A DNA stretch of 64,000 nucleotides from Cyclobacteriaceae bacterium (GTDB lineage Bacteria > Bacteroidota > Bacteroidia > Cytophagales > Cyclobacteriaceae), in assembly GCA_965267245.1 (NCBI GenBank), contig OZ253939.1:5840962-5904961 (forward strand). Reading direction: 5' to 3'. The translations under genes and the position numbers were made by a program. The notes below the pieces were generated by a model. It saw only the letters and a list, made by a program, of their open reading frames with translations, was not told the DNA's origin and made no database searches. Shown piece by piece: positions 27,887 to 37,429 of the stretch (position 1 is the first letter of the stretch; each line of letters begins with the position of its first letter).

Positions 27887-28012
27887 TTATGCTTTTAGCT
27901 GCTTTTTCTTCTTATTGTACTCGTACAATTGAATACCCATGTAAACAGAGGTGAGTACTGCTGCGGTAGCAGAAGCGTATAGTGCCGCTTTTTGAAGTTT
28001 TTTATCGTCCAT
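27887..28012 (-). CDS. Possible 41-aa single-TM protein
   Basis: Hand translation gives MDDKKLQKAALYASATAAVLTSVYMGIQLYEYNKKKKQLKA. It is followed by the hairpin GGCTTTCGG/CCGAAAGCC. Confidence 0.3.
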   Translation of the reverse strand: MDDKKLQKAALYASATAAVLTSVYMGIQLYEYNKKKKQLKA

Positions 28013-28030
28013 AATCTACAAATTTTTTTG

Positions 28031-29293
28031 TTAATATGCTCCCCTATTCCACGCACCGGTTAAGGATCTTATCTCACCTGATGCGTTTAGTAATAGTCTT
28101 GAATCGTAATCTTTTAAATTTAATCCAGTTGCCAGGGCAACCGAGCTTGCTCCCAGTGTTAAATCATCATTTGCATAGTCTGTAAAATCAAGGCTACTTA
28201 ACCCAGAAGCTCCCTCAACGAATGTATTATTTTGACTATCCGGAGTTAAACCAGCGTCACTATCAATCTGGCTGCTAAATGTGGTAGTAGCATGCAATAT
28301 GTTGTTGTAGTATTTAACTTTTAGTCTTTCACTTGCTTCAGCTGAAATACCAACATTTGCTATGTCAGTAAATGTATTGTTGAACAATTCAATATTGCAA
28401 TTTGCCCTATTGATTGCATCTATTATGAAAACGCCGTTTATTGGATTAATTACTGTGTTGTTAAAACATCTGATGTCATCACCTGACAAAACAATACCAC
28501 CTCCCTGATCCGTGGCTCCTGAATCTTTGATGAAGTTATTCCAGATATACCCTTTTGATCCTACTCCAATTTGTAATCCACTACTTTGGCCACCACCATT
28601 ATCTCTACCATAGTTTTCAATATTATTGTTGTATACCAAAACTCTATCTTGAAATCCGTTAACCTGGATCCCTTCTCGGTCCGTATCGAAAACAACATTA
28701 TTTGCACATACCGCCTGTCTTAGCCAGTTCCATGCGTACCAAACTACACCGGATTCATAATAAACATGACCGTTGGAAGCTCCCTGATAAATAGCCTCAG
28801 TTCCACATCCGTGAACTCGACAACCCATTACTACACTATATGGATCATATCCAAAAGCGGTATTCCCTCTGGCTTGAGATAAATTATATGTTTGAAAACC
28901 TGTTCGTATCCCTGTATCTCCTACATCTCGCACCTCTACATTGAACACTCGAATGCCATAACAATTAACTGTGGTGTTTATGCCTTGAGTTAGTCCATTG
29001 TGAAGATCTGCGGCTAAACTGCGTGGATTTGAAAGATCGCCGATTATGTCAATGTAGCTGCAATTAGATAAAGACAGAATTGGACTAGCAGCGGCTCCAC
29101 CATTACTCTCCACATTGTTTAAATCAATGATGATAGGGTTAGCAGCTGTTCCATGATATCCTAAAATGCCTTTTACACTATGAATACCCGATTCATAGCG
29201 AATGATGTCTCCAGGTTGAACGTTTCCCAGGTCATTGATTCCAAGTTCTCCGTCGTGATATGTATCTGATGTAAGTGTTGTGAAAACAGCCAT
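28031..29293 (-). CDS. Right-handed parallel beta-helix protein (pectate-lyase-like; candidate polysaccharide depolymerase/spike)
   Basis: Periodic NN.I.N / FNNT repeats (VYNNNIENYG, IWNNFIKDSG, CFNNTVINP, LFNNTFTDI, YYNNILHAT) are typical of beta-helix repeats. Confidence 0.75.
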   Translation of the reverse strand: MAVFTTLTSDTYHDGELGINDLGNVQPGDIIRYESGIHSVKGILGYHGTAANPIIIDLNNVESNGGAAASPILSLSNCSYIDIIGDLSNPRSLAADLHNGLTQGINTTVNCYGIRVFNVEVRDVGDTGIRTGFQTYNLSQARGNTAFGYDPYSVVMGCRVHGCGTEAIYQGASNGHVYYESGVVWYAWNWLRQAVCANNVVFDTDREGIQVNGFQDRVLVYNNNIENYGRDNGGGQSSGLQIGVGSKGYIWNNFIKDSGATDQGGGIVLSGDDIRCFNNTVINPINGVFIIDAINRANCNIELFNNTFTDIANVGISAEASERLKVKYYNNILHATTTFSSQIDSDAGLTPDSQNNTFVEGASGLSSLDFTDYANDDLTLGASSVALATGLNLKDYDSRLLLNASGEIRSLTGAWNRGAY

Positions 29294-29309
29294 ATAATGT
29301 TGTGAATTT

Positions 29310-31331
29310 TTAAGTTGGGACTATTTCTATTTTCAACCAGCTTAATGCATAGTATGCAGGAGTGCCTACGGCAGCCTCACTAAAATCTAATTGTATTAAT
29401 CCGCTTCCGTCAACAGCCACATCTGCCAACAAAATGTTTTGATCCGGATCGCTCAAATCTGCGCCACCCATATCGTTCCAGGAACATGACCATTGATCCG
29501 TTTGCACACCATCCGTTACTTCTCCTCTACATTGATCTTCATTGGTGGCAGATCGATACCCACCACCTTTTATGTTGAATATCTTACTTGCCCAATCCGT
29601 GTAACCAGACACATCTATAATGATAGTTTCAGGATTTACAGAATAAAAACAGTCTCTAGTTGCTGCTGCTGGAATTGTAGTTACTCCATCGGTAATACTA
29701 CCGTTATATCCCTGACTTGTACTGTCATATGTTCCGTCCCATGCGGTATCTATCTCCATGTCAATTCCAGTTCCACTGCCATCACTGAATGCAGCTAAGT
29801 CACTGATTACTGTCCCGGGACTGTTATCAAGGTTGTCTATATTATTCCAGTTTCCGGATGCATGAGAATACTGTGATCCGAAATCGATAAATATTTCTTC
29901 TTCAGGATCGTTTTGAGTTGATAAACCATCTCCTGAAGCAATGTTACTTGTATAGTTACCTGCAGCGTGAACGAAATGCGCATATTTAGTTTGTCCAGGA
30001 GAGAGAAGACCTGTGAAATTAAATGTAATAGTTCCTGAAGCTGAAATTTCGGTACTATCAGCTAATGAGCCTACTGAAGTACCTGTTTCATCTTCCCCAT
30101 TCATGATTTCAGTTTCGTCAGGAGCAGTAATTGAATCCGTCAATACAACATATACCGTCCCAATGTCCTGGTTGATATCAACACTTGCAATTGCTGAATC
30201 ACCGCCTGATGCGGTATCAATAGGATTACTTAATGTAGCGGCAGTACTGTAATTGACAATGATATCAAAATACACATCCTCATAACCTGAGTGTGTACTA
30301 AATCCAACAGCTCTAATTACAAAAGTATCTCGTCCCTCAGTAGATGGAGAGCCATTTGCTGTCAAAACTCCGGTAGATGAATTAAGGCTCAACCAACTTG
30401 GAAGCCCCCAGCTTGAGAATTCTACATTTGAACCGGGACTATTGGTAAAACTTGGAGTCAATGTGGTAGCGGCCGTACTCACTTCGAATACCTGGTCGCT
30501 GTTACTATAGGTAAATCCTTCAATTGGTATAGCATTGAGTTCCAATACCACTCCATCACCATCCAGATCCGTAAAGGCAGCATCTGAAGCGCTCGTTCTT
30601 AATCCATTTAGAAATCCGGTAATACTTATCCTGGCATCTTCATTTACAGTATGTGCAGCACTAAAATCTATTAACAGTTGATCTACTTCGGAATCAGACA
30701 ATCCTGTATTGTGAAATGTGTAGAAGAAATCACCGGAGATGGTTTGGTAATCTTGGTCAGTAACACTACAATTACCTCCATCCAGGTAAAACAAGTCAAA
30801 GCTGTGATTGGAAAATAAGACACCCAGATCACCTGTAAGAGCAGTGTTTCCTACTTGTTCACCAAGATTTAACTCTACAAGGCTGCTTATATTGATAGAT
30901 GAAATAGCCCCTGAAATAATACCACCAAGGTTAAAGAAGCTTTGGAGGCTTTGAAAGTTGTTGATATTAGATGTGCTAATAGTAAGATCCGGAGAGAAGT
31001 CATCCTCTTTAGTAACTGATATGATGATACCGGTCAACCCTGAATGGTTCCCAATGGCAATAGCCGCATCTTCATTATCAAAAGTCTGACTGACTTTAGT
31101 AGGAGTTGCTGATAATGCTACCTGTTCAGTATCTAAACTTTTCCATTGAACAGTTTTGGTCCCTGAGCCAGTAAGCCACATTTCGATTGTTCCCGAGAAG
31201 CCGGAAGCTGTGGCCAGGTTCTGTAAAACAACTTCTGCTGAAATTTCCTCTGTTATGTACTTTGATACATTTGCCAGGTCTACACCATCCAGCTTTGCAA
31301 TGTTATCGGTATTTACGGTAGTTACTTTCAT
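29310..31331 (-). CDS. Fibre/receptor-binding-like protein with an Ig-like (He_PIG-type) domain
   Basis: 673 aa, Ser/Thr/Gly/Asp-rich. GLPSWLSLNSSTGVLTANGSPSTEGRDTFVIRAVG matches the putative Ig-domain pattern. ATGA-coupled to the upstream gene. Confidence 0.55.
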   Translation of the reverse strand: MKVTTVNTDNIAKLDGVDLANVSKYITEEISAEVVLQNLATASGFSGTIEMWLTGSGTKTVQWKSLDTEQVALSATPTKVSQTFDNEDAAIAIGNHSGLTGIIISVTKEDDFSPDLTISTSNINNFQSLQSFFNLGGIISGAISSINISSLVELNLGEQVGNTALTGDLGVLFSNHSFDLFYLDGGNCSVTDQDYQTISGDFFYTFHNTGLSDSEVDQLLIDFSAAHTVNEDARISITGFLNGLRTSASDAAFTDLDGDGVVLELNAIPIEGFTYSNSDQVFEVSTAATTLTPSFTNSPGSNVEFSSWGLPSWLSLNSSTGVLTANGSPSTEGRDTFVIRAVGFSTHSGYEDVYFDIIVNYSTAATLSNPIDTASGGDSAIASVDINQDIGTVYVVLTDSITAPDETEIMNGEDETGTSVGSLADSTEISASGTITFNFTGLLSPGQTKYAHFVHAAGNYTSNIASGDGLSTQNDPEEEIFIDFGSQYSHASGNWNNIDNLDNSPGTVISDLAAFSDGSGTGIDMEIDTAWDGTYDSTSQGYNGSITDGVTTIPAAATRDCFYSVNPETIIIDVSGYTDWASKIFNIKGGGYRSATNEDQCRGEVTDGVQTDQWSCSWNDMGGADLSDPDQNILLADVAVDGSGLIQLDFSEAAVGTPAYYALSWLKIEIVPT

Positions 31332-33532
31332 GCTGCTTCAACTTCTACCTCTGGTTTTGGCCATGTGTAAGTACCCGATCCGTAACGTCCAGTATTGCTG
31401 GCCACAAAGTTTTCGACATTCACAATTGAGTCAACAATGTGTGTCCAGGTTTGCTCACCTCTGAAGTCTCCGGCTTTGGTACTCTCCATTACCAGTATGA
31501 ATCCAATATTTGGGTATTGGTGCATAAAGGATTCCATTTCACTGGCTCTTATTCTGAAGTTGTTTATCAGATCGATGAAAACAAATTTGAATTTACCAGT
31601 ATCCAGGGCTTTTCTCAGTTCATTTAAGCTTCGGAAAGCGTCAAAGAACATACCAGGGTTACCATCCACCTTCATGTCTTTAATTAGCTTTTTGGTGGCC
31701 TGACCTATTCCCTGGTCCGCCAACACATAAAGCACATCACCAAACCCACTTATATAGTCGGCAAACTGAAAGCTGAATGAGGTTTTACCGTTTTTTGGTT
31801 TTCCATAAATGATCAATTTTAAATTGGTACCAGGATCTTGCATGAACTCACCCCATACACCATTAAAGGGCAATGTTTCAAAGTTTGTGTTCATGATATC
31901 GTCAGCGGTTTTGAACCCCATTGATGAATTTGTTTCTGCTTGAGAATCAGTTTCGTCTTGAGTGATTGAGTCGAGAAAGCCCCACCTTTCATTACTTTCT
32001 TCCTCTATGCCATTAAGTGTAGAGGTTTTTTTTGTAGGGGCTTTTTTAGGCCGTTTTACCGTTGGTCTGTCCTTCTTCTTTTTAGAATTTGCAAGCGATC
32101 TTTTGAGATATTTAGGTACTCCTTTGCTATCTGGTTGCAGAATAAAGTCTGCTGCTTCCTGAGCTTTACTGCTCGCTCTAAAAAAGAATTTATTATCCTT
32201 TTTCATGATGGCAAGTAGATTACTTTTCCAATGTTCCAGATATGCAGCACTGTTATTGATTGTATGATAGAGTATTCCGCTCTCACCACAAAGGAAAGTT
32301 GCCCCAAGCTCCGCTATCAATTCTTCAAAGGCATAATTTTTAGTTTTCATTCCTCCTGGCTTAAGACGGTCTAACCGTTTTTTATGTCCAGTACTGTGTA
32401 TGTACTCATGAAAAAGTGTACAGTAGTATTTTGGCAAACTTTCAAAAGATTCAGGCACAGGCATATTGACCTCATCCAATCCAGGTATATAGAATGCTTC
32501 AGGTTTTTTATGAGAAAATTTTGGTTTCGGAGTAGGGTAGGAGCGAATAATATTTTCAGCGGCCTCTATCTTTTCAGTCTGTTTCTTCTTCGGTTTCTTT
32601 TTAAGTTTAAAATCGATACCCTCAATATCCTCACCATTAAAAACCTTGTAGTAGCGCAATACCGGAAACTCGTCAAGGTTTTCGCACACATTAATTCCGT
32701 TTTCTGTTACCGGACCTTTAGCACATTGTGCAAAATACTTGAAGTACTGTTTGTCAGTTATTCTTTTTCCATCGAGTTTATAAATCATCTGAAAGTATGT
32801 GACGAAATAGCCTTTGGCACCTTCCTTCACTTTTCCTCCTTTTTGCTTCACCTGGTTGAATGTAAGAAAGTAGGGATTGTCCCACTCTTTTTGTCGCTGA
32901 AAAGGAATTAGAAAGTTTAACAGAAATGAGTTTATACCTCTATAAGGTTTTTTGCTTGCGAAATTTGTGGCTGGTAACCCATAGGATTCCATAGATTTCC
33001 ATGGTTTTCGCCAAACAAGATCTTTACTGTTCTCAATCATGTCTGTTACCATATCTGTAATGATTTGGTAAACATCATCATTAGCGACAGCCCCTAAAGT
33101 GTTCATGGCTGTTTCTTCACAATAGCATTCTATCCCATCAAGTGTTGTTACTCGATTTTTATAAGCAGTTTTACCATCTCGTGATATCTTAAATCCGGAA
33201 GATATAAATGTCTTCTTCTGACTAGTGTTGAGTTTTCTGGAGAATTGAATAGAGGCTTTGTTTGGTGTTATGCTTAGTTTTTTGAACGGGTCTGCAATTG
33301 CTTTATTTATGCATTTTTTAGTTTTAACGCTCAGCTTGATCTTAGCCTGTCCAATCTTATTTTTCCTCATGGCAGAAATAGTCTTATTCAGTTGATCCAA
33401 AACAACCTGATGACAATAACTTTTGACTGGATCTAAAGCGACAAGATTAGACTTTATGCTCTCAATACTGCCAATTTGAACGGTTTTACCATCCAGATTC
33501 CTAATTGTTCTATAGAGTCTATTTTCATCCAT
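31328..33532 (-). CDS. ArdC-like fusion protein: ssDNA-binding N-domain, zincin metalloprotease domain and C-terminal RecA/KaiC-like P-loop ATPase
   Basis: WRKPW...KKPYRGINSFLL...YFLTFNQVKQKGGKVKEG (DUF1738/ArdC-N), HEYIHSTGH...FEELIAELGATFLC (ArdC metalloprotease), a basic linker, Walker A GKPKNGKTS and Walker B FVFIDL. Confidence 0.78.
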   Translation of the reverse strand: MDENRLYRTIRNLDGKTVQIGSIESIKSNLVALDPVKSYCHQVVLDQLNKTISAMRKNKIGQAKIKLSVKTKKCINKAIADPFKKLSITPNKASIQFSRKLNTSQKKTFISSGFKISRDGKTAYKNRVTTLDGIECYCEETAMNTLGAVANDDVYQIITDMVTDMIENSKDLVWRKPWKSMESYGLPATNFASKKPYRGINSFLLNFLIPFQRQKEWDNPYFLTFNQVKQKGGKVKEGAKGYFVTYFQMIYKLDGKRITDKQYFKYFAQCAKGPVTENGINVCENLDEFPVLRYYKVFNGEDIEGIDFKLKKKPKKKQTEKIEAAENIIRSYPTPKPKFSHKKPEAFYIPGLDEVNMPVPESFESLPKYYCTLFHEYIHSTGHKKRLDRLKPGGMKTKNYAFEELIAELGATFLCGESGILYHTINNSAAYLEHWKSNLLAIMKKDNKFFFRASSKAQEAADFILQPDSKGVPKYLKRSLANSKKKKDRPTVKRPKKAPTKKTSTLNGIEEESNERWGFLDSITQDETDSQAETNSSMGFKTADDIMNTNFETLPFNGVWGEFMQDPGTNLKLIIYGKPKNGKTSFSFQFADYISGFGDVLYVLADQGIGQATKKLIKDMKVDGNPGMFFDAFRSLNELRKALDTGKFKFVFIDLINNFRIRASEMESFMHQYPNIGFILVMESTKAGDFRGEQTWTHIVDSIVNVENFVASNTGRYGSGTYTWPKPEVEVEAA

Positions 33533-33561
33533 TTGGGAATTGAGGTTTTATAAGGTTAATT

Positions 33562-33611
33562 AAAAGAGAAAAAGCCCCCGTTTCGGTCAAAAGGGAAAGG
33601 ATGGGGGCTTT
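33562..33611 (-). terminator. Intrinsic terminator ending the lysis/structural transcription unit
   Basis: On the minus strand AAAGCCCCC...GGGGGCTTT is followed by TTCTCTTTT. Confidence 0.55.
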
Positions 33612-33631
33612 GGTAAACGGCACCAACACGC

Positions 33632-33793
33632 CTACTTTTTTTTCCTGCTACTACTTTTCTTCTTTTTGCTTGTAGAACTCTTTCGCTTGCCGCCACCAAG
33701 TGTTGGCAGTTTAGCATTTTTGAGAATAGTCTTACCACCTACATATCCTATAAGTGCGCCTACTCCAAATTTTATTAAACTCTTGTCATCCAT
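33632..33793 (-). CDS. Small membrane-associated basic protein (53 aa)
   Basis: Hand translation gives MDDKSLIKFGVGALIGYVGGKTILKNAKLPTLGGGKRKSSTSKKKKSSSRKKK. I prefer it to the overlapping track ORF 33556-33738 because it abuts the upstream stop and ends before the terminator. Confidence 0.45.
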   Translation of the reverse strand: MDDKSLIKFGVGALIGYVGGKTILKNAKLPTLGGGKRKSSTSKKKKSSSRKKK

Positions 33794-33794
33794 T

Positions 33795-34157
33795 TTAGTC
33801 TGTATTTTGATTGTTGAACTTACTTGTTAAGTCTTTGATTTCGCCTTTCATTTCAGAGATGCCAGTTGTTATTGCGGCCTCAAGACGCTCAATAGTTTCT
33901 TTCAAAAATTGTTGATTGAGTATGTCTTTCTCAGTGTTCAATTTTATTTGTGCCGAATTATTGTCAATCATTTGCCTGTGATCTTTTAGTTCCTGGTTGT
34001 GTTCCTTCAGTGTTTCTTTTAAGCCGTTAATACTCATTGTTAGAAATATTCCTATAACTGAAACTAAACCTGATATTATCAAAAGAATTATCTGGAATAG
34101 TTGCGGATCAATTAATGTGGGCTTCTTTGCAACTTGGAGCAATAATGTTTCAATCAT
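33795..34157 (-). CDS. Single-TM protein with coiled coil (holin/spanin-like position)
   Basis: LFQIILLIISGLVSVIGIFLTM is a TM helix, followed by a coiled coil. Confidence 0.5.
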   Translation of the reverse strand: MIETLLLQVAKKPTLIDPQLFQIILLIISGLVSVIGIFLTMSINGLKETLKEHNQELKDHRQMIDNNSAQIKLNTEKDILNQQFLKETIERLEAAITTGISEMKGEIKDLTSKFNNQNTD

Positions 34158-34166
34158 TGTGCGTAA

Positions 34167-34634
34167 TTATGTTTTTAGTGATTCATTCTTACTCGTTCCA
34201 TAATAATAGCTGAATAGACTAGTCACAACCACTCCTTCAACCATTCCAATCAAATGGATGAATATCTCTCTTTCTGCTACCTCAGGAATCCAAATAATAG
34301 CATAGACAATCACTCCATAACTAGCCAGGCCGACCAAACCAGTTAGAACCATCATCCAATCTATCTTTCGGATTTTACTTACTTCTACCTCTCTCCACCT
34401 GGCATTTTTCTTATCGTCTACTTCCAAAGCCATCACTTCCAATTCATATTCATGGACAAGCTTTAAAGATTCAGCTTTTTGTTCCGGAGTAAGATCCGGA
34501 TCATCTGAAATTAACTTGGTTAAGATCTTTACGGGAGGGAAAAAGTCATCCACTACGTCTACTATAGCAGGTGCTGCACCTACTAAAAATTTACCAATTT
34601 TGGTGTCCTTAAATTTTTTTTTGTCCTTTTTCAT
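34167..34634 (-). CDS. Membrane protein (holin-like position directly downstream of the muramidase gene)
   Basis: Two C-terminal hydrophobic helices (MMVLTGLVGLASYGVIVYAIIWI, LIGMVEGVVVTSLFSYYY). ATGA overlap with the GH108 gene. Confidence 0.5.
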   Translation of the reverse strand: MKKDKKKFKDTKIGKFLVGAAPAIVDVVDDFFPPVKILTKLISDDPDLTPEQKAESLKLVHEYELEVMALEVDDKKNARWREVEVSKIRKIDWMMVLTGLVGLASYGVIVYAIIWIPEVAEREIFIHLIGMVEGVVVTSLFSYYYGTSKNESLKT

Positions 34635-35287
34635 GCTGCATTTAAATAATCCAAGACCTGTTTTCTTGCCTTTTTGTTAAATGAAATATATAAACCAGCT
34701 GCCCCCACAAGTGAAAGGCCAACGAGAGCATAATTTGTACCTTTCAAGTCTGGGAATTGATTTGTTCTCCTCAACCAACCAGGTAGGTACTTACTGTGTA
34801 CAATTCCCCTTCTCACACGGTCCAGATGATAGTTAATGCGAGCTTGTTTGTATCGCATATATAGCTTTACTGGATTTACTTTATTAATTGCTGCGATAGT
34901 TTGTGACCCAATGTGATTATCTACCGAAACTCGTTGACCTAATGTATTTACAACCTCCTGAATTGTGGCAACTGCTTTTGCTGCCAGTATGAAGAAATCA
35001 AAGTAAATGTTAGCAACATTCTGGTTGTTGATTTCACCGGCACGGCTTTTTATCCATCTCTGCCTGTAGAACTCTTTCACGAAGGGTTCCATGCCAGGAA
35101 TTTGCTGGTTGTTACTCAATGGGCCCTTTACATATTTATAATTATCAACATGAGGCCATCCGCTCCAATTCGGATGAATGGCTCTTGCGACTCCTGCATA
35201 GGTTTCCCCACCAAGATCATCAGGGTCATTGGCATAGTAGCCCTCGTGCTTTCTTACAATTCGATATGCTGGATCAAAATTGCTCAC
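34631..35287 (-). CDS. GH108-family muramidase with a C-terminal TM anchor
   Basis: KHEGYYANDPDDLGGETYAGV is the GH108 signature. The C-terminal YALVGLSLVGAAGLYISF is a TM helix. Confidence 0.85.
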   Translation of the reverse strand: MSNFDPAYRIVRKHEGYYANDPDDLGGETYAGVARAIHPNWSGWPHVDNYKYVKGPLSNNQQIPGMEPFVKEFYRQRWIKSRAGEINNQNVANIYFDFFILAAKAVATIQEVVNTLGQRVSVDNHIGSQTIAAINKVNPVKLYMRYKQARINYHLDRVRRGIVHSKYLPGWLRRTNQFPDLKGTNYALVGLSLVGAAGLYISFNKKARKQVLDYLNAA

Positions 35288-35302
35288 CTGTTGGATTTTC
35301 TT

Positions 35303-36001
35303 TTAGATCATTCGACCGAAAGCGCCGTTTGGAATTATTCCTCTTTGTCGAGCAGGTATTTTACTCGCTATTCGCTTTAACCCTGAAGAAGTTCCTACAA
35401 TCCTCTTAAATTCGTCGTAAGTGACAATCGTTTTGGGTATCCCTGCGGCTTTTAGTGCTTTCTCAGTTCCAGGACCAAAAATCCCATCAGCACCACCAGA
35501 AGATCTTATAAAAGCACCGGCAGTACCACCTCTTTTAAGCAAGGCATTTTGCAAATCCTTTACAAACTGGCCTCTGGTTCCTTTTTTGAGAGGAAATCCA
35601 GCTGGGGTCATTTTATTTGCAGTTGTAAAAGTTGTAGATGGAAGACTTGATGTTACCTTACCTGTTAGACTTTTGAATGTTGCTTCGTCGATTGACAAAG
35701 GCCACCTAGCCAAGCTAACAGCCTTATTTGTACCAGGCCCCCAAATACCATCCGCACCTCCAGTATCACGAATGTATTTAGCAATAGTGCCTCCCTTTGA
35801 CAGAAGTACGTTTTGAAGCATTTTAACATTTTCGCCTCTACTACCTTGACTCAATGGAAAAGAGTCTCCTTTAGTGGAGATATCCTCGATTTCAATAGGG
35901 TCAATTGTGGATTTACCCTTTTGCTTGCTTACAACTTTATAAATCAGTACTCCCGTTCCTAGAGCGGCCGCACCTACAATTATTTTACCCTTGGTTTTCA
36001 T
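35303..36001 (-). CDS. Membrane-anchored protein with two PG_binding_1 peptidoglycan-binding domains
   Basis: N-terminal TM, then two copies of G.RG..VK.LQN.LL..GG......GGADGI.GPGT.KA. Confidence 0.8.
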   Translation of the reverse strand: MKTKGKIIVGAAALGTGVLIYKVVSKQKGKSTIDPIEIEDISTKGDSFPLSQGSRGENVKMLQNVLLSKGGTIAKYIRDTGGADGIWGPGTNKAVSLARWPLSIDEATFKSLTGKVTSSLPSTTFTTANKMTPAGFPLKKGTRGQFVKDLQNALLKRGGTAGAFIRSSGGADGIFGPGTEKALKAAGIPKTIVTYDEFKRIVGTSSGLKRIASKIPARQRGIIPNGAFGRMI

Positions 36002-36423
36002 TTTATCAAGTCAAGTTTCTCAAGTTTATTTACTACCACTACTCCTAGTCCCAAAACCGCCAAACCTCCTGCTACAGGTAGTATCCAGTTAAGGTTTCTA
36101 CTAATGTTTGCAACGCTTCCGGTAACATTAATGGCAGTATCTGCCACATTGGTGAATATTGCTGAAAGAAAGCTCCTGATATCAATACCGTTTTTTAAAA
36201 AGTATTCAACAAAATCAGTATTGTACCTACACCAATTAAGTGCATGATCCCATGGACCTTGTTTTTCCCATGCTGTCAGCCAAATTTCCTTTGCTTTACT
36301 TAATCCGTATTTTTCCTTTAGCCTCATATGCCAAATGGTCCATTCAGCACAACCCCAATAGTCATCCCAACCCCATTCGTCATAGTTAGGTGTGCTTTCT
36401 GCTGTGATCATGCTTGTTTCCAT
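35998..36423 (-). CDS. Trp-rich protein with a C-terminal TM anchor
   Basis: 141-aa ORF with WGWDDYWGCAEWTIWHM. The C-terminal ILPVAGGLAVLGLGVVVV is a TM helix. Confidence 0.5.
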   Translation of the reverse strand: METSMITAESTPNYDEWGWDDYWGCAEWTIWHMRLKEKYGLSKAKEIWLTAWEKQGPWDHALNWCRYNTDFVEYFLKNGIDIRSFLSAIFTNVADTAINVTGSVANISRNLNWILPVAGGLAVLGLGVVVVNKLEKLDLIK

Positions 36424-36426
36424 CGC

Positions 36427-36624
36427 TTATATGAATTTTTTAGCCATTTGTAATTTTTTGTCAATACCAGGCTTTTTACTTGCCTGTGCCAACCATTGCA
36501 AATCTTTTAGTTGCAATGTGCTTAGTTGCTCCAAAGCATGTACTTTTTGCTTTGCTTCATTGTCACTATTAGCGGTCACCTTAATTGTGCTGCTAACTTG
36601 TTTTTCGAAGTTGAGTGGTGCCAT
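36427..36624 (-). CDS. Hypothetical small protein
   Basis: 65-aa ORF that overlaps the upstream gene end by 32 nt. Confidence 0.35.
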   Translation of the reverse strand: MAPLNFEKQVSSTIKVTANSDNEAKQKVHALEQLSTLQLKDLQWLAQASKKPGIDKKLQMAKKFI

Positions 36625-37417
36625 CTTCTTTCTTTAGTTTTAGTTTATCAATTAGTTCTATTAAAAATTCAGGATTCGAATTGAATCGCTGAATAATCCA
36701 GTATACAGCCTCACCAAAGTTTTGCTGAATATCATCAGCTTGGCTGGATACCCATGCAGCAATTTTTGATGCTGTTTCAGTATATGCTCCACCTTCTATT
36801 GATTGTGGTTGTGGTTGGAGTAGATTGGCCAAAGAAGGTCCTATTACTTCAATCGCTTTCTCCGCTACTCCTGGATTGTTCTCAAAGAAACCATTGAGGC
36901 CTTTAGGGGTGTCTACTTCATCATTGAGTTTATCGATGATGGTGTCTTTCTTGATAATTTCCCTTTCAAGCTTTTCTTTTTCTTCTCTAAGATGCTCTAC
37001 TTTATCCTCCATTTTTTGGAGTCGAGATTTAGTCTCCTTAAGTGCTTCAGTTCGTTCCTCCAAAATCCAGCTTAAAGGATTATTGGGGTCTGTTCTTGAT
37101 GTTGGTGCTTTGTACTCTCTTGGTTCTGGTTCGATGTTTCCCAATGTTGCATTTGGAATTGCTTCAATTTCTGAAGCTGGGTTTAAGTGGAAGGAAAATT
37201 CCTGCAAATGTCTGAAAGGTTGTGAACCGTACTTCCAGTATACTCTAATTCGGACAAAGCCACTTTTGTCGCTTAGAACACTTTCAAGATCATCAAGATC
37301 CTCGTACTGCTCCTTATTAGATATTTTTCTAGCATCTACCCATACATCAAGGAAAATATCCCTTTCCTTTTCACTTTGTTGCTGATCGATAAATTGAATG
37401 GCGTCTTGTAGTGTCAT
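36593..37417 (-). CDS. Coiled-coil protein (scaffold-like?); its N-domain is paralogous to 13805-14278
   Basis: 274 aa with a central heptad-rich KETKSRLQKMEDKVEHLREEKEKLEREIIKKD. Confidence 0.55.
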   Translation of the reverse strand: MTLQDAIQFIDQQQSEKERDIFLDVWVDARKISNKEQYEDLDDLESVLSDKSGFVRIRVYWKYGSQPFRHLQEFSFHLNPASEIEAIPNATLGNIEPEPREYKAPTSRTDPNNPLSWILEERTEALKETKSRLQKMEDKVEHLREEKEKLEREIIKKDTIIDKLNDEVDTPKGLNGFFENNPGVAEKAIEVIGPSLANLLQPQPQSIEGGAYTETASKIAAWVSSQADDIQQNFGEAVYWIIQRFNSNPEFLIELIDKLKLKKEDGTTQLRKTS

Positions 37418-37429
37418 AATTTGGTGCGT

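Noticed and set aside
27859-27888. Hairpin GGCTTTCGG-gtggtg-CCGAAAGCC followed by TTTTTTT on the + strand, as a + strand terminator.
   Set aside because: There is no + strand gene upstream to terminate. It more likely acts as a structure at the end of the minus-strand 28031/27887 transcript or as a bidirectional stop, so it was not listed as a feature.
32384-32911. 175-aa + strand ORF inside the ArdC-like gene.
   Set aside because: The minus-strand frame carries the ArdC N-domain and HExxH motifs, and the + frame is Phe/Leu/Arg-rich with no pattern.
33556-33738. 60-aa track ORF (MVRLFSKMLNCQHL...).
   Set aside because: It runs through the terminator hairpin. The alternative frame 33632-33793 abuts the upstream stop, has a membrane-like segment and ends before the terminator.
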